A stretch of 64,000 nucleotides of DNA from Anolis carolinensis (GCF_035594765.1 NW_026943826.1:12441325-12505324); one strand, 5' to 3'; positions 37,974 to 56,115 are shown, numbered from the stretch's first letter. Numbers and translations are program-made. Notes: generated by a model not told the origin, from the letters alone.

Positions 37974-40900
37974 CTGCAGAGAGAGGGAAATTAATAATAA
38001 TAATGATAATCATCAAGTGCCTGGATGCCATTCGGATTTGTAAAAACGTTGGCACCTTCATTGAAAACATGATAATAATAATGACGATGATAATAATATA
38101 AAATAATAACATAAATAATGAGGATGACAATATAATAAATAATGTAAGAATGACGACAATCTCTATATAAAAAAGGGTAATGAAATTTCAGCCTAGGACA
38201 AAACAACAAAACTACACATCCCAGAAACACTAAACTTGGCAGCACAACCTCTCATCCATGCCTCTACGTTCATACAACAAAAAGAAAAATAAAGTCCTTA
38301 TTAGAGGGAGAGGAATAATTGTTTTTATCCAATTGCTGCCAGTTAGAAGGCTAAGCTCTGTCAGGGGAAACCTTTACCCTTTACCTTAACTACCACCAAT
38401 ACTTCAATACTTTATTTCCCATACCACCATACTTCGCCACAGTAACGCGTGGCCGGGCACAGCTAGTAATATAATATAATGATGACTAGCTGTGCCCGGC
38501 CACGCATTGCTGTGGCAAAGTGGTGGTGGTATTGGTTAAAAGTTGGTGTGAAATTTTTATTTGACATTATTTGTATTTTTTAATTAATTTTATTGTAACT
38601 TATCTTTTTTATTTATTATATTTTATTATTTTGTTTTATTATTTTTAGTTAATTTGTTGTAGTATTTTATTGTATTAATTTTTTAGTGTTTTTTAAATAT
38701 TTTTATTGTATTATTTGTATTTATTTTATTTTTTATTCTTTTATTAACACTGGGCTCAGTGGGTTGCTAGGAGACCAAGTGGGCGGAGCTTATCCTTCTA
38801 AGTGGCAGCAATTGGATAAAAACAATTATTTCTCTCCCTCTAATTAGGACTTTATTTTTCTTTGCTTTTTGATGTATCAACCTAGAGGCGTGGATGATGG
38901 GTTGTGTTGTCAAATTTCAAGGTTGGGGGGCTTGTAGTTTTGTTGTTTTGTGGGTCGCCGTGATGCCATCACTCTTTTATATATATAGATGATAATGTAA
39001 ATAATGATGAGGACGATGATAATATAATAAATAATATAATAATGATGACAATGATAATATAATAAATAATATAATAATGTAGATGATAATGATAATACAA
39101 TAAATAATATATAATAATTATAACAACAACAATCTCCTGAAAGGGACTCGGGGTGGCTTGCAAGGCAGCAAAAATGCAAACGAAACAAGGAAAGAAGGTA
39201 GGAAGGGGAGAGTGTCCTGCTGACCTTGTGGGGGTCCCTGCGCAGGAGCCCGGCCACCAACTTCTTGACTTCGTGGGGGGCTTCTTCCGGGAAGGGGGGC
39301 AGCTCCTCGTCCCGGTAGCTCCTGCTCTCCAGGGCCGGCCCCCCGTCTCGGCCGTAGAAAGGGTTCCCGGCCCCATAGATCTGGTAGGCAATGGCCCCCA
39401 CCGCCCAGGAGTCCGCCTTGGCGTAGTCAATCACCACGCCCGGGCCGGGGCTGGCCGTCGCCACCTGGGAAGGACAGAAGATAGAGAGATATCTATATAT
39501 ATAAAAGAGTGATGGCATCACGGCAGCGGACAAAACAACAAAAGTAAACACCCCACAACCTTGAAAATTGACAGCACAACCCCTCATCCATGCCTCTAGG
39601 TTGATACAACAAAAAGAAAAGAAAAATAAAGTCCTAATTAGAGGGAGAGGAATAATTGTTTTTATCCAATTGCTGCCAGTTAGAAGGCTAAGCGCCACTC
39701 ACTTGGTCTCCTAGCAAGCCACTCAGCCCGGGGGACCCTTTACCTTAACTACCACCAATTCCTCAATACTTTATTTCCCATACCACCATACTTCGCCACA
39801 GCAACGCGTGGCCGGGCACAGCTAGTATATATATAATTATCATAGCTATGGCTGGATGGCCATCTGTCGGGAAGGCTCGGGTTGTGTCTCACCTCCGGGG
39901 CCATGAGGCAGCTGTTCCCCCCGCGGTCCACGTACCAGCTGGTGAAGGGCAGCTTCAGGCCAAGCCTTTTGTCGGCCAGGCAGCAGCCGAAATCGGTGAT
40001 CACCAGGCCCGGGAGACCGGCTGCAAAAAGGGAGAGAGGAAACAAAGCGAGGACGGAAATGATAATAAAATTATAAATAATAAAAATAAAATATTATCAT
40101 GAAGATGATGATAATATAATAAAAGATAATAATATAGAATAATGATATGATAATAATAATATAAATAATATATAATAATGATATGATAATAATAATATAA
40201 ATAATATAATGATAATTTAATAATGTAATAATGATGATAATAAAATACAGTAGAGTCTCACTTATCCAAGATAAACGGGCCGGCAGAACGTTGGATAAGC
40301 GAATATGTTGGATAATAAGGAGAGATCAAGAAAAAGCCTATTGAACATCAATATAGGTTATGACTTTACAAATTAAGCACCAAAAGATCATGTTATACAA
40401 CAAATTTCAATGGATAAGTGAGACTCTACTGTAATATAATAATAATAATATAATAGTAATATAATGATGATAATAATAATATAATAAATAATAATATAAT
40501 AATGATAATGTAATAATTATAATATAATAACAATGATTATTATTATATTATAATAATATAACAATAATGATAATTTAACATCATAATAATAATATAAATA
40601 CTAATGTAATAACCATAATGATAATATAATAAATAATAATTTAATGATAATGTAATAAATATGATGATGATTATATTAATATAATAATATAATAATGATA
40701 ATTTAATATAATGATGATAATAATATAATAAATACTATTATAATAATAATGATAATATAATAATCTAATGATGATAATAATATATTAAATACCAATATTA
40801 TAATAATGATAATATAATAAATAATAATATTATAATGATGATGATGATAATATAAGAAATAATATACTGATAATGATAATATAATAATAGTCATAATGAT

Positions 40901-41675
40901 GACAAGGGTCTTCTACCGGGGTCGATCTCGACGAGGACGTTGTCGGCCTTGAGGTCCCGGTGGGCGATGCCGTGGCGGCGGAGGTGGTCCACGCCCTCCA
41001 GGAGCTGCAGGAGCATCAGGGCCGCCGTGCGCGGGGGGACCGGGTGGGGGTCCCGGCGCAGGAACTGGCGCAGCGTGAAGGGGTAGCTGCCGCGGGGGAG
41101 AAACAAGCATCCCTGTTAGCACGGTGACCCTAAGACAAAACAATATGTGCATTGATGTGTATGTGTATAGATGCGTACATACTTCTTCATGACGAGGAAG
41201 AGGGTGCGGCTGTGTCCCAGGCCGGAGGGGCTCAGGGTTGGCGGAAGGACGTCCGGGTACTCCGACGTGGCGCCCGGCAGCAGTGGCACCGCCGAGGTGA
41301 AGGCACGCACCACGCGCACCACGTTGGGGTGTGGGCTCAGGCGCCCACGCTGCTGCTTCCCAAAAATTGTCAGGCTCCTGCGGGACGGAAGCAACGCCAT
41401 CACTGCCAAGCATGCATTTAATCTGAAAGCCTACTGACCATTGTCCCTTGTTTGTAGCCATAGGACTTTTATAGGGACTCTTACAGCCATACAGTTCTTA
41501 GAGCCATAGGGCTGCTATATTATTATTATTATTATTTTATTATATTTATTATATTATATTTATTTTATTATATTATTATTATATCATTGTTATTAAGGCT
41601 CTTATAGCCACAGGGTTCTTATACCCATGCAGCTCTTATAGGGACTAACAGCCATTGGGTTCTTATAGCCATAGC

Positions 41676-41723
<48 letters not shown>

Positions 41724-42043
41724 TAGAGTCTCACTTATCCAACATAAACGGGCCAGCAGAAGGTTGGATAAGCGAATATGTTGGATAATAAGGAGAGATT
41801 AAGGAAAAGCCTATTAAACATCAAATTAGGTTATGATTTTACAAATTAAGCACCAAAACATCATGTTATACAACAAGTTTGACAGAAAAAGTAGTTCAGT
41901 ACGCAGTAATGCTATGTAGTAATTACTGTATTTACGAATTTAGCACGAAAATATCATGATATATTGAAAACATTGACTACAAAAATGCGTTGGATAATCC
42001 AGAACGTTGGATAAGCGAGTATTGGATAAGTGAGACTCTACTG

Positions 42044-42089
<46 letters not shown>

Positions 42090-43641
42090 CTGTGCCCGGC
42101 CACGCGTTGCTGTGGCAAAGTGGTGGTGGTATTGGTTAAAAATTGTTGTGTAATTTTTATTTGACGTTATTTGTATTTTTTAAATTAATTTTATTGTAAG
42201 TTATCTTTTTATTTATTATATTTTATTATTTTATTGTATTATTTTTAGTTATTTTCTGTTATTATAGTATTTTATTGTATTAATCTTTTTAGTGTTTTTA
42301 ATTATTTTTTAGTGTTTTTTATTATTTTTTATTGGGTTGCTAGGAGACCAAGTTGGAGGAGCTTAGCCTTCTAACTGGCAGCAATTGGATAAAAGAAATT
42401 ATTCCTCTCCCTCTAATTAGGACTTTATTTTTCTTTTCTTTTTGTTGTATCAACCTAGAAGCATGGATGATGGGTTGTGTCGTCAAATTTCGAGGTTGGG
42501 GGGCCTGTAGTTTTGTTGTTTTGTGGGTCGCCGTGATGCCATCACTCATATATATATCTCTGACAACATTGATAATAATATGATATGGTTTGCACCTTTT
42601 ACCTTTGTCAACTCGATATAGACACAGGGTCTCTTCCCATCCCAATTTGCACTTCCAGAATTTGCAGCACTTTATCAGTCACCTTGTGTTTACAATATTT
42701 ATATGGTGCACCTTACCCAGTCTACTTTTACAATCTCTCAGTTTTAATCCATGTTTTTATTAGTTCTTGTTTTTTATTGGTTAATGTTTAAATTTTTTTA
42801 TTATTATTATTGTGCAAGTTGTTGTCTATTGCTGTGTTTTATACTGCTACTGTTTTTATTCGGGCTTGGCCCCATGTAAGCCGCCCTGAGTCCCCTCCGG
42901 GGAGATAGAGGCGGGGTATAAAAATAAAGTTATTATTATTATTATTATTATTATTATGATATAGCCATAGGTCTACTATAGGGCTCTTGTAGCCATACCT
43001 GTGACAGGTGACGGTGCCGAATTCTCCGGCGATGGCTCCTCCGGCAGTTGGGACCAGCTCCTGAGACATGGAGCGGAGGATGCCCTCACTTGAAGACCCG
43101 GCCTGGAAATATATATATATTATTTACATATATATATCTATATATATAAAAGAGTGATGGCATCAGGGCAGTGGACAAAACAACAAAACTACAGGCCCCC
43201 CAACCTCGAAATTTGACAACACAACCCATCATCCAAGCCTCAAGGTTGATACAACAAAAAGAAAAGAAAAATAAAGTCCTAATTAGAGGGAGAGCAATAA
43301 TTTTTTTTATCCAATTGCTGCCAGTTACAAGGCTAAGCTCCGCCCACTTGGTCTCCTAGCAACCCACTCAGCCCAGTGTTAATAAAATAATGATAAAAAA
43401 ATAAATACAAATAATACAATAAAAAATTATGAAAAACACTAAAATAATTAATACAATAAAATACTATAACAAAATGACTAAAAATAATACAACAAAATAA
43501 TAAAATATAATAAATAAAAAAGATAAGTGACAGTAAAATTAATTTTAAAAAATACAAATAACGTCAAATAAAAATTCCACAACAAGTTTTAACCGATACC
43601 ACCACCACTTTGCCACAGCAACGCGTGGCCGGGCACAGCTA

Positions 43642-43712
<71 letters not shown>

Positions 43713-44175
43713 ATATACAGTGTGTGTGTTCTCAATTAATATGTGTGTGTGTGTATGTATGTATATATCTCACCGAGAGGTTCCACATCATCTTGATGGC
43801 CAAAGGGAAGCTGGGGGTCCCCGTATCCGCGAGTGGGGCGGCTTCGTAGACGGCGGCGCTGCATCCCTTCCCAATGGGCCTCCCAATGGCGTAGTCCTCC
43901 AACCTGAAGCCATGCTGGCGGGGCAAGGCCAACGCCTCTCCAGGGGGCTGGATCCTCCGGGCAAAGATGTCCTGAGAAAAGACACACAAGTGAGTTTTTC
44001 TGGCTGTGTCCCTGCAGCATCCTCTCCTGACGTTTCTCCCACGCCTACGGCAGGCCTCCTCAGAGGTTGTGAGGTCTGCCTGGGGTCTTGCCTAGTTGCC
44101 ACTGGCGAGCTTGGCTCGCACAGAATGGCCTCGCAGCTGCAAAGCCTGGCTGCTTCCTGCCTGGATGTAGCTTAA

Positions 44176-44220
<45 letters not shown>

Positions 44221-44752
44221 ATAATATAATAATAATTCTTGTCTTGCATTGTTGCCACTGGCGAGCTTGGCTCGCACAGAATGGCCTCGCAGCTGCAAAG
44301 CCTGGCTGCTTCCTGCCTGGATGTAGCTTAATATTATTATTATTATTATTATATAATATAATAATAATTCTTGTCTTGCATTGTTGCCACTGGCGAGCTT
44401 GGCTCGCACAGAATGGCCTCGCAGCTGCAAAGCCTGGCTGCTTCCTGCCTGGATGTAGCTTAATATTATTATTATTATTATTATTATTATATAATATAAT
44501 AATAATTCTTGTCTTGCATTGTTGCCACTGGCGAGCTTGGCTCGCACAGAATGGCCTCGCAGCTGCAAAGCCTGGCTGCTTCCTGCCTGGATGTAGCTTA
44601 ATATTATTATTATTATTATATAATAATAATAATATAATAATAATTCTTGTCTTTCATTGTTGCCATTGGCGAGCTTGGTTCGCATTGAATGGCCTCGCAG
44701 CTGCAAAGCCTGGGTGTAGGTTAATAATAATATAATAAGAATAATATAATTA

Positions 44753-44803
<51 letters not shown>

Positions 44804-44849
44804 GGCCTCGCAGCTGCAAAGCCTGGCTGCTTCCTGCCTGGGTGTAGCT

Positions 44850-44894
<45 letters not shown>

Positions 44895-45004
44895 ATATAA
44901 TAATAATTCTTTTCTTGCATTGTTGCCATTGGCGAGCTTGGTTCGCATTGAATGGCCTCGCAGCTGCAAAGCCTGGGTGTAGGTTAATAATAATATAATA
45001 AGAA

Positions 45005-45046
<42 letters not shown>

Positions 45047-45833
45047 GGCCTCGCAGCTGCAAAGCCTGGCTGCTTCCTGCCTGGGTGTAGATTAATATAA
45101 TAATAATATAATATAATAATATAAACAGATTAAGAAAACACAACTACGGTATGCATTCAAGTTCATGAGGCATAATATTGAGACATATATCTTGCTATTG
45201 GCCAGCTTGATTGGCACTAAATAGCCTCGCAGCTCCAAAGCCTGGCTGCTTCCTGCCTGGGGAGGGGGAATCAATCCTTTGTTGGGAAGTGTTAGCTGGC
45301 CCTCATGGGAGAAAGGACTCTTGTCTGTTGGGAGGCAAGCATCAATATTGCCATTGGCCAGCTTGATTAGCACTGAATGGCCTTGCAGCTTCAAAGCCTG
45401 GCTGCATCCTCTCTTCCTTGTCATTGTATTCTATGGCAATTGGGCCTAGTTCAAAAAGCCTTCCCGTCTCCATGGCAACGGGGCCTAGTCCGGCACCCCG
45501 CGCCTGGCTCGATTAGTAGCCGCCCACCTGGATGTCCTGGCAGGCCTCGTCCGCTCTCCTCTGCTCCGCCAGCGCCGGCTCAAACAGCGCGAGCCCGAGG
45601 CTGAGGGCCAAGCCGAGGCGGCGAGGCCCCGCCGGGACCCTATAGTGGAAGAACCGCGGGCCTCCGTTGAGGCCTAGCCGAGCCGCGGCCTCGCGTAGGA
45701 AGCCCCCCGGGCGGAGGAAGACGGCAGCAGGGGGCTGAGGCGGGAATTGAGGCCGCGGCGCTCCCCCGACCCAGCGCCACAGCAAGGCCCGGCCCAAGCG
45801 GGCCCCGCGGCCTAGCGCCTGCCGGAGCGCCAT
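37716..45833 (-). CDS. PINK1: PTEN-induced kinase 1; complement join(45528-45833,43774-43971,42999-43102,41183-41377,40917-41086,39893-40020,39225-39464,37716-37973), 532 aa
   Basis: [10 protein letters not shown] mitochondrial presequence, [70 protein letters not shown]-terminal extension. 1599 nt in frame. Confidence 0.96.
38160..38466 (+). mobile_element. Non-autonomous Helitron (variant 5' end)
   Basis: TC...CTAG with the family hairpin. Confidence 0.75.
38486..38989 (-). mobile_element. Non-autonomous Helitron
   Basis: Reverse copy, tail-to-tail with the previous element. Confidence 0.8.
39225..39464 (-). CDS. PINK1: PINK1 exon 7
   Basis: cag|GTG GCG ACG...CAC AAG|gtcagc. Confidence 0.92.
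39492..39825 (+). mobile_element. Non-autonomous Helitron
   Basis: Full TC...CTAG copy filling most of PINK1 intron 6. Confidence 0.8.
39893..40020 (-). CDS. PINK1: PINK1 exon 6 (DFG...APE)
   Basis: cag|CC GGT...CCG GAG|gtgaga; 128 bp. Confidence 0.93.
40248..40431. mobile_element. Tc1/mariner-type MITE, internally deleted
   Basis: Both TIRs, TA flanks. Confidence 0.8.
40917..41086 (-). CDS. PINK1: PINK1 exon 5 (HRDLK)
   Basis: cag|C TAC CCC...CCC G|gtagaa. Confidence 0.92.
41183..41377 (-). CDS. PINK1: PINK1 exon 4
   Basis: cag|G AGC CTG...ATG AAG AA|gtatgt. Confidence 0.9.
41721..42043. mobile_element. Tc1/mariner-type MITE inserted in (TA)n
   Basis: Both TIRs. Confidence 0.85.
42086..42557 (-). 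mobile_element. Non-autonomous Helitron
   Basis: Family body and CTAG end. Confidence 0.78.
42999..43102 (-). CDS. PINK1: PINK1 exon 3
   Basis: cag|GCC GGG TCT TCA...CAC AG|gtatgg. Confidence 0.9.
43137..43642 (+). mobile_element. Non-autonomous Helitron
   Basis: Full TC...CTAG copy. Confidence 0.8.
43774..43971 (-). CDS. PINK1: PINK1 exon 2
   Basis: cag|GAC ATC TTT...CTC TCG|gtgaga; Gly-loop and AIK lysine. Confidence 0.92.
43988..45440 (-). mobile_element. Degenerate Penelope-like remnant with an internally tandem-amplified segment, PINK1 intron 1
   Basis: Diverged copy of the same pLTR and hammerhead (43988-44078), followed by repeated ggcctcgcagctgcaaagcctggctgcttcctgcctgg units separated by (TTA)n. 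Confidence 0.6.
45528..45833 (-). CDS. PINK1: PINK1 exon 1
   Basis: ATG GCG CTC...ATC CAG|gtgggc. Confidence 0.92.
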
Positions 45834-45869
45834 CGCAGCCCCGAGCTGGAGTAGTTGTTGTGGCCGGGG

Positions 45870-45930
45870 TTGTGACGCCCTCCGAGGCGGGGCCGAGAGG
45901 AGGCGGCTTCCCACGCCGCGCATGCGCAGA
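45870..45930 (-). promoter_or_regulatory. PINK1 proximal promoter: NRF-1 site, GC box and half-CRE in a CpG island
   Basis: Perfect GCGCATGCGC(A) at 45918-45928, GAGGCGGGGC at 45884-45893, TGACG at 45873; about 85 bp upstream of the ATG. Confidence 0.7.
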
Positions 45931-47144
45931 GGGCGCTTGGGTTTCCCTCATGGATGCCGGCGTTCTGAGGCAGGAGAGGGAACGCGGAGCCCATCCGCGG
46001 CCATCCTCTCCGTCCGTCGAGGAAGGCACCACACAAGCCTTCCCGGCAGATGCCCATCGGATCCCTGCTCCAAGATTCCCCAGAATGGAAGCTCCGCCGT
46101 GTAAAGAAAGGCACCACACGAGCCCTCCCGACAGATGCCCATCCAGGTTCTGATAATAATATTGATGATGATAATGATGCTATCCTAGAGTGCGAGTCCT
46201 GCTAATAATAATAATAATATCCGAGTCAGAGTCCTACTAATAATAATAATAATAATATCCTAGAGTCTGTGTTCTGCTATTTAATAATAATAATAATAAT
46301 AATAATATCCTAGTCAGAGTCCTTCTAATAATAATAATATCCTAGAGTCTGTGTTCTACTATTTAATAATAATAATAATATCCTAGAGTCCGTGTTCTGC
46401 TATTTAATAATAATAATAATATCCTAGAGTCCGAGTCCTGCTAATAATAATAATAATAATATCCCAGTCAGAGTCCTGCTAATAATAATAATAATATCCC
46501 AGTCCGAGTTCTGCTAATAATAATAATAATATCCTAGAGGCCAAGTCCCGCTAATAATAATAATAATAATATCCTAGAGTCTGTGTTCTGCTATTTAATA
46601 ATAATAATAATAATATCCTAGAGGCCGAGTCCCGATAATAATAATAATAATATCCTAGAGTCTGTGTTCTGCTATTTAATAATAATAATATCCTAGAGTC
46701 CGAGTACTGCTAATAATAATAATAATAATTTCCTAGATTTGGAAGGGACCCCCCAAGGCCATCCAGTCCAACCCCATTTGGTTATAAAGAAAGGCACCAT
46801 CCAAACCCTCCCGACAGATGACCATCCAGCCTCTGCTTAATCACGACAATGCTACGATTTTGAGACTCCGGCATTTATTCATTTCCGTATTGAAAGTTTA
46901 TTGTTGAAAGGGAACCCCCAAGGTCATCCAGTCCATCCCCGAAGAAAGACACCATCCAAACCTTCCAGACAGATGGCCATCTGGCCTTTTCCACAAGATT
47001 TCCAGAGACAGGAAGGAGATTTAATTCCCATTGAAAAGTCATAGGATCGTATAGGCGGAAGGGAACCCCAAAGGCCATCTAGTCCAACCCTTTTTGCCAT
47101 ATATATGTATGTGTATGTATATATGCAAATATATGCAAATTTAT

Positions 47145-51570
<4,426 letters not shown>

Positions 51571-51961
51571 GGACATCTCCACAGTGACCTCCTTGCCCTT
51601 TCTGACCCTTTTGCTGTGTCTCAAGGCCAGCGTCCCCGCTTGACCCTCCGGCTCCGTTGGCCTGTGTGTTCTGCCACCTGCGAGAGAGGAACCGGCCGCC
51701 AGAACCGGCCCCGTCCTGATAGGTTTTGGGCCCGAGCGCAACGGCGGCGCCCGCAAGCAGCACTCCCCAATCTTTGGAATCTGGGAACTTTTTTGTTGTT
51801 GCGCAGCTGAGCCTTTTCAAAGGCCTTTTCACATCCAAACCCTGGCACCGAAAAGAGGAGAGGCGTGGACGGAGAAGCCGAGCGAGGAGAAAAGAATGAG
51901 TGGGAGGAAGCAGAGCAGGCCAGATCTCCATAAGGCTGGACACTTGCGGAGTTGGCAGCGC

Positions 51962-52004
<43 letters not shown>

Positions 52005-52069
52005 CAAAAGACAGAGTATGACACAACCCAAATCTCCATAAGGCTGGATGCTTGTGTGGTTTGCAGTGC

Positions 52070-52136
<67 letters not shown>

Positions 52137-52138
<2 letters not shown>

Positions 52139-52338
52139 GACACAGCAAACAAGATAGATATGCTGGATTTCGTATCACAAAATCACAAGTTGAACACTTC
52201 CCAAGTGTCTAGGACTGTGTGATGTATTTTTGGATGATGTGTGCAATGTTTTGTTGTGCCAGATGTCAGCTCTAGTTTGTAGTGCGGTTTTCTTGTACTG
52301 ATTCTTTGCTGTGTTTTGAGGAGTTTCTGATTTTTGAC

Positions 52339-52400
<62 letters not shown>

Positions 52401-52828
52401 GACACAGCAAACGAGATGTATATGGTGGATTTCATATCACAAAATCACAAGTCGAACACTTCCCAAGTGTCTAGGACTGTGTGGTGTATTTTCGGATGAT
52501 GTGTGCAATGTTTTGTTGTGCCAGATGTCAGCTCTAGTTTGTAGTGCGGTTTTCTTGTACTGATTCTTTGTCTGCTGTGTTTTGAGGAGTTTCTGATTTT
52601 TGACTTATTATTATTATTATTATTGACACAGCAAACGAGATGTAAATGGTGGATTTCATATCACAAAATCACAAGTCGAACACTTCCCAAGTGTCTAGGA
52701 CTGTGTGGTGTATTTTCGGATGATGTGTGCAATGTTTTGTTGTGCCAGATGTCAGCTCTAGTTTGTAGTGCGGTTTTCTTGTACTGATTCTTTGTCTGCT
52801 GTGTTTTGAGGAGTTTCTGATTTTTGAC

Positions 52829-52866
<38 letters not shown>

Positions 52867-53100
52867 GACACAGCAAACGAGATGTAAATGGTGGATTTCA
52901 TATCACAAAATCACAAGTCGAACACTTCCCAAGTGTCTAGGACTGTGTGGTGTATTTTCGGATGATGTGTGCAATGTTTTGTTGTGCCAGATGTCAGCTC
53001 TAGTTTGTAGTGCGGTTTTCTTGTACTGATTCTTTGTCTGCTGTGTTTTGAGGAGTTTCTGATTTTTGACTTATTATTATTATTATTATTACTATTATGA
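52137..53100. repeat. ~240-bp tandem repeat containing a Dong 3' end, 4 copies
   Basis: gacacagcaaac...tcacaagtcgaacacttcccaagtgtctagg repeated with (TTA)n spacers. Confidence 0.85.
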
Positions 53101-53135
53101 CACAAAGACAAGAGTATGACCCAGGAGGGAAACCT

Positions 53136-53141
53136 TTTATT
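53136..53141 (-). terminator. Poly(A) signal of the trypsin-like gene
   Basis: AATAAA immediately after TGA, as is typical of digestive protease genes. Confidence 0.65.
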
Positions 53142-53146
53142 TGCGC

Positions 53147-53296
53147 TCATTTCTCGGTCAGGGCCTTGTAGATCCACTTCTGGAATCCAGCCACGGCGGT
53201 GTAGACCCCCGGGAAGCGTGGCGTGGCGCAGCTGTGGCCCCAGGAGACGATGCCCAGCACGCGCCCCTCGCACACCAGCGGGCCCCCCGAGTCGCC
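53147..53296 (-). CDS. Trypsin-like protease last exon (GDSGGP)
   Basis: cag|GGC GAC TCG...AAA TGA; AATAAA 5 nt after the stop (53136-53141). Confidence 0.92.
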   Translation of the reverse strand, partial: GDSGGPLVCEGRVLGIVSWGHSCATPRFPGVYTAVAGFQKWIYKALTEK

Positions 53297-53573
53297 CTGC
53301 AGCGGGGAAAAGACACGGCAATACTCTAGGCACAACAACAACAACAACAACAACAGCTGGATGGCCCTCTATCGGGGATGGTTGTGTCTTTACACCTGGG
53401 GTTCAGACTGGATGACCTTTGGGGATCCCTTCCTTCCTTGGAATCTAGAGAGACGTTTCCTTCTCTGGAAGTTCCTAAGCAGAGGCTGGGTGGCCATCTG
53501 TCGGGAAGGATCGTATTGCGCCTTCCTGAAAAGGGATTGGACTGGATGGCCTTCGTAGTCTCTTCCAATTAGG

Positions 53574-53624
<51 letters not shown>

Positions 53625-54188
53625 TAATGGTAATGGACGCTGTTAGCCCCAGCTCCTGCCAACCTAGCATTGTATTATCAGTAATATATGTGTATATATT
53701 ATTCATAAGAATTTATTGAATATTATAGATATTATTGATATATATATAGTATACTCTTAGGATAGCACAGTGTTGGTATTATATTGTGTTATCAATATTA
53801 TACGTATAGATATATATATACTATGCTAAGAATATACTATATATATAATATTAAGTTATATACAGTAATATATTATATATTTAATAATATATGTGTATAC
53901 ATTATTGATAATGATTTATTGAATATTATATATATAGTATACTCTTAGGATAGCACTATATTATATTATCAATATTATATGTATAGATATCGTATATTCT
54001 TAGCATAGTGTGTGTATATATATATATATATAATTATATACAGTAATATATTATAATATATTTAATAATATATGTGTATACATTATTGATAATGATTTAT
54101 TGAATATTATATATATAGTATACTCTTAGGATAGCACTGTATTATATTATCAATATTATATGTATAGATATTGTATATTCTTAGCATA

Positions 54189-54231
<43 letters not shown>

Positions 54232-54313
54232 ATTAAATTATATACAGTAATATATTATATTATATATTTAATAATATATGTGTATACATTATTGATAATG
54301 ATTTATTGAATAT

Positions 54314-54344
<31 letters not shown>

Positions 54345-56076
54345 TATACTCTTAGGATAGCACAATGTTAGTATTATATATTATATTATCAATATTATGT
54401 GTATAGGTATAGTATAATCTTAGAAATATACTAGCTGTGCCCAGCCACGAGTTGCTGTGGCGTTGTGTGGTGATGTTGGTGAGAAATTGTTGAGGTAGTG
54501 GTGGTATTGAATGTCTATTGTATGGTAGTCTTTATGTTTAGTATGCACACTGAAGTGGATTATATGGCAGTGTGCAAAGCAGATAATATAAGATTCTAAA
54601 TGGGTTATATAGCTGTGTGGAAGGGCCTTGAGTCTACACTGCCATATAATCCAGTTAAAATCTGATAATCTGTGGAAGAGGCCTAAGTGAGGCCTAACTG
54701 TGCCTGTCCCCTGGGCTGAGTAGGTTGCTAGGAGACCAAGTGGGCGGAGCTTAGCCTTCTAACTGGCAGCAATTGGATAAAAACTATTATTCCTCTCTCT
54801 GTAATTAGGACTTTATTTTTCTTTTCTTTTTGTTGTATCAACCTAGATGCGTGGATGATGGGTTGTGTTGTCAAATTTCGAGGTTGGGGGGCCTGTAGTT
54901 TTGTTGTTTTGTCCGCTGCCCTGATGCCATCACTCTTTTATATATATAGATATATATATATATATTAAATATTATATTATATTATTACAGTATAGCTAAA
55001 CCATTTGAGCTGCTGAATCTTGCTGTCCAACAGGTTGGTGGTTTGTATCCAGGGAATGGGGTGAGCTCCCACTGTTAGCCCCAGCTCCTGCCAACCTAGC
55101 AGTTCGAAATCATACAAATGTGGGTAGATGAATAGGTACTGCTCTGGCGGGAAGATGCCCTTTGTGGGTCCCGGCATGCCTACCTGGCAGGCGTCCTTCC
55201 CTCCGGCGCGGAACCCGGCGCAGAGCATGTCCCGGGTGATGGCCCCGGCGTAGGAGGCGTTGCACTTGGCGGGGGGCAGGAGGGGCAGGGAGACCCCGCG
55301 CAGGGTGTCGGAGGGGCGCCCGCCCACGGCCGAGGTGTGCCCCCAGCCCCACACCTGGCACAGCCGCCCCTCGCGCACCCCCGGGGAGCCCCGCGGCAGG
55401 AGCGGCACCACCGCCACGTACGGGCTGTAGGACAGGGGACGGCTCAGCTGCAAGACAATATAGCCATAAATAGAGAGAGAGATAGAATGACTTCCTTAGA
55501 TCTGGAGGCAGCCTAGAATAGCATTGGCCATTTTCGCTGCAGCACCATACTCTTGGCTTATTATTATTATTATTATTTTATTATGACACAGCAAACAAGA
55601 TTGATATGCTGTATTTCATATCACAAAATCACAAGTCGAACACTTCCCAAGTGTCTAGGGCTGTGTGATGTATTTTTGGATGATGCGCGCAGATCCCAGC
55701 AGGGTGGCCTTTTGCAGTTGGCAGATCGTAATTTTGTCAATGTCACACTCTTGGCTTATTATTATTATTATTGTTATTGTTATTAGCCTGTTCGTGGTCC
55801 ACTAAGACTCCTAGATCCCTTTCCGATGGGCTATATAATATAATGTCTCCGCTAGAGGCTATATTCCTATGGAGGCAGCCTAGAATGGTATTGGCCTTTT
55901 TTGCTGCAGCATTATACTCTCATCTCATGTTTATGGTCCGCTAAGGCTCCTAGATCCCTTTCCCATGGACCATATAATATAATGACTCCCCTAGACGCTA
56001 TATTCCTATGGATGCAAGCTAGGATCGTGTTGGCCTTTTCCGCTGCAGCATCACACTCTTGGCTAATGTAATAATA

Positions 56077-56115
<39 letters not shown>

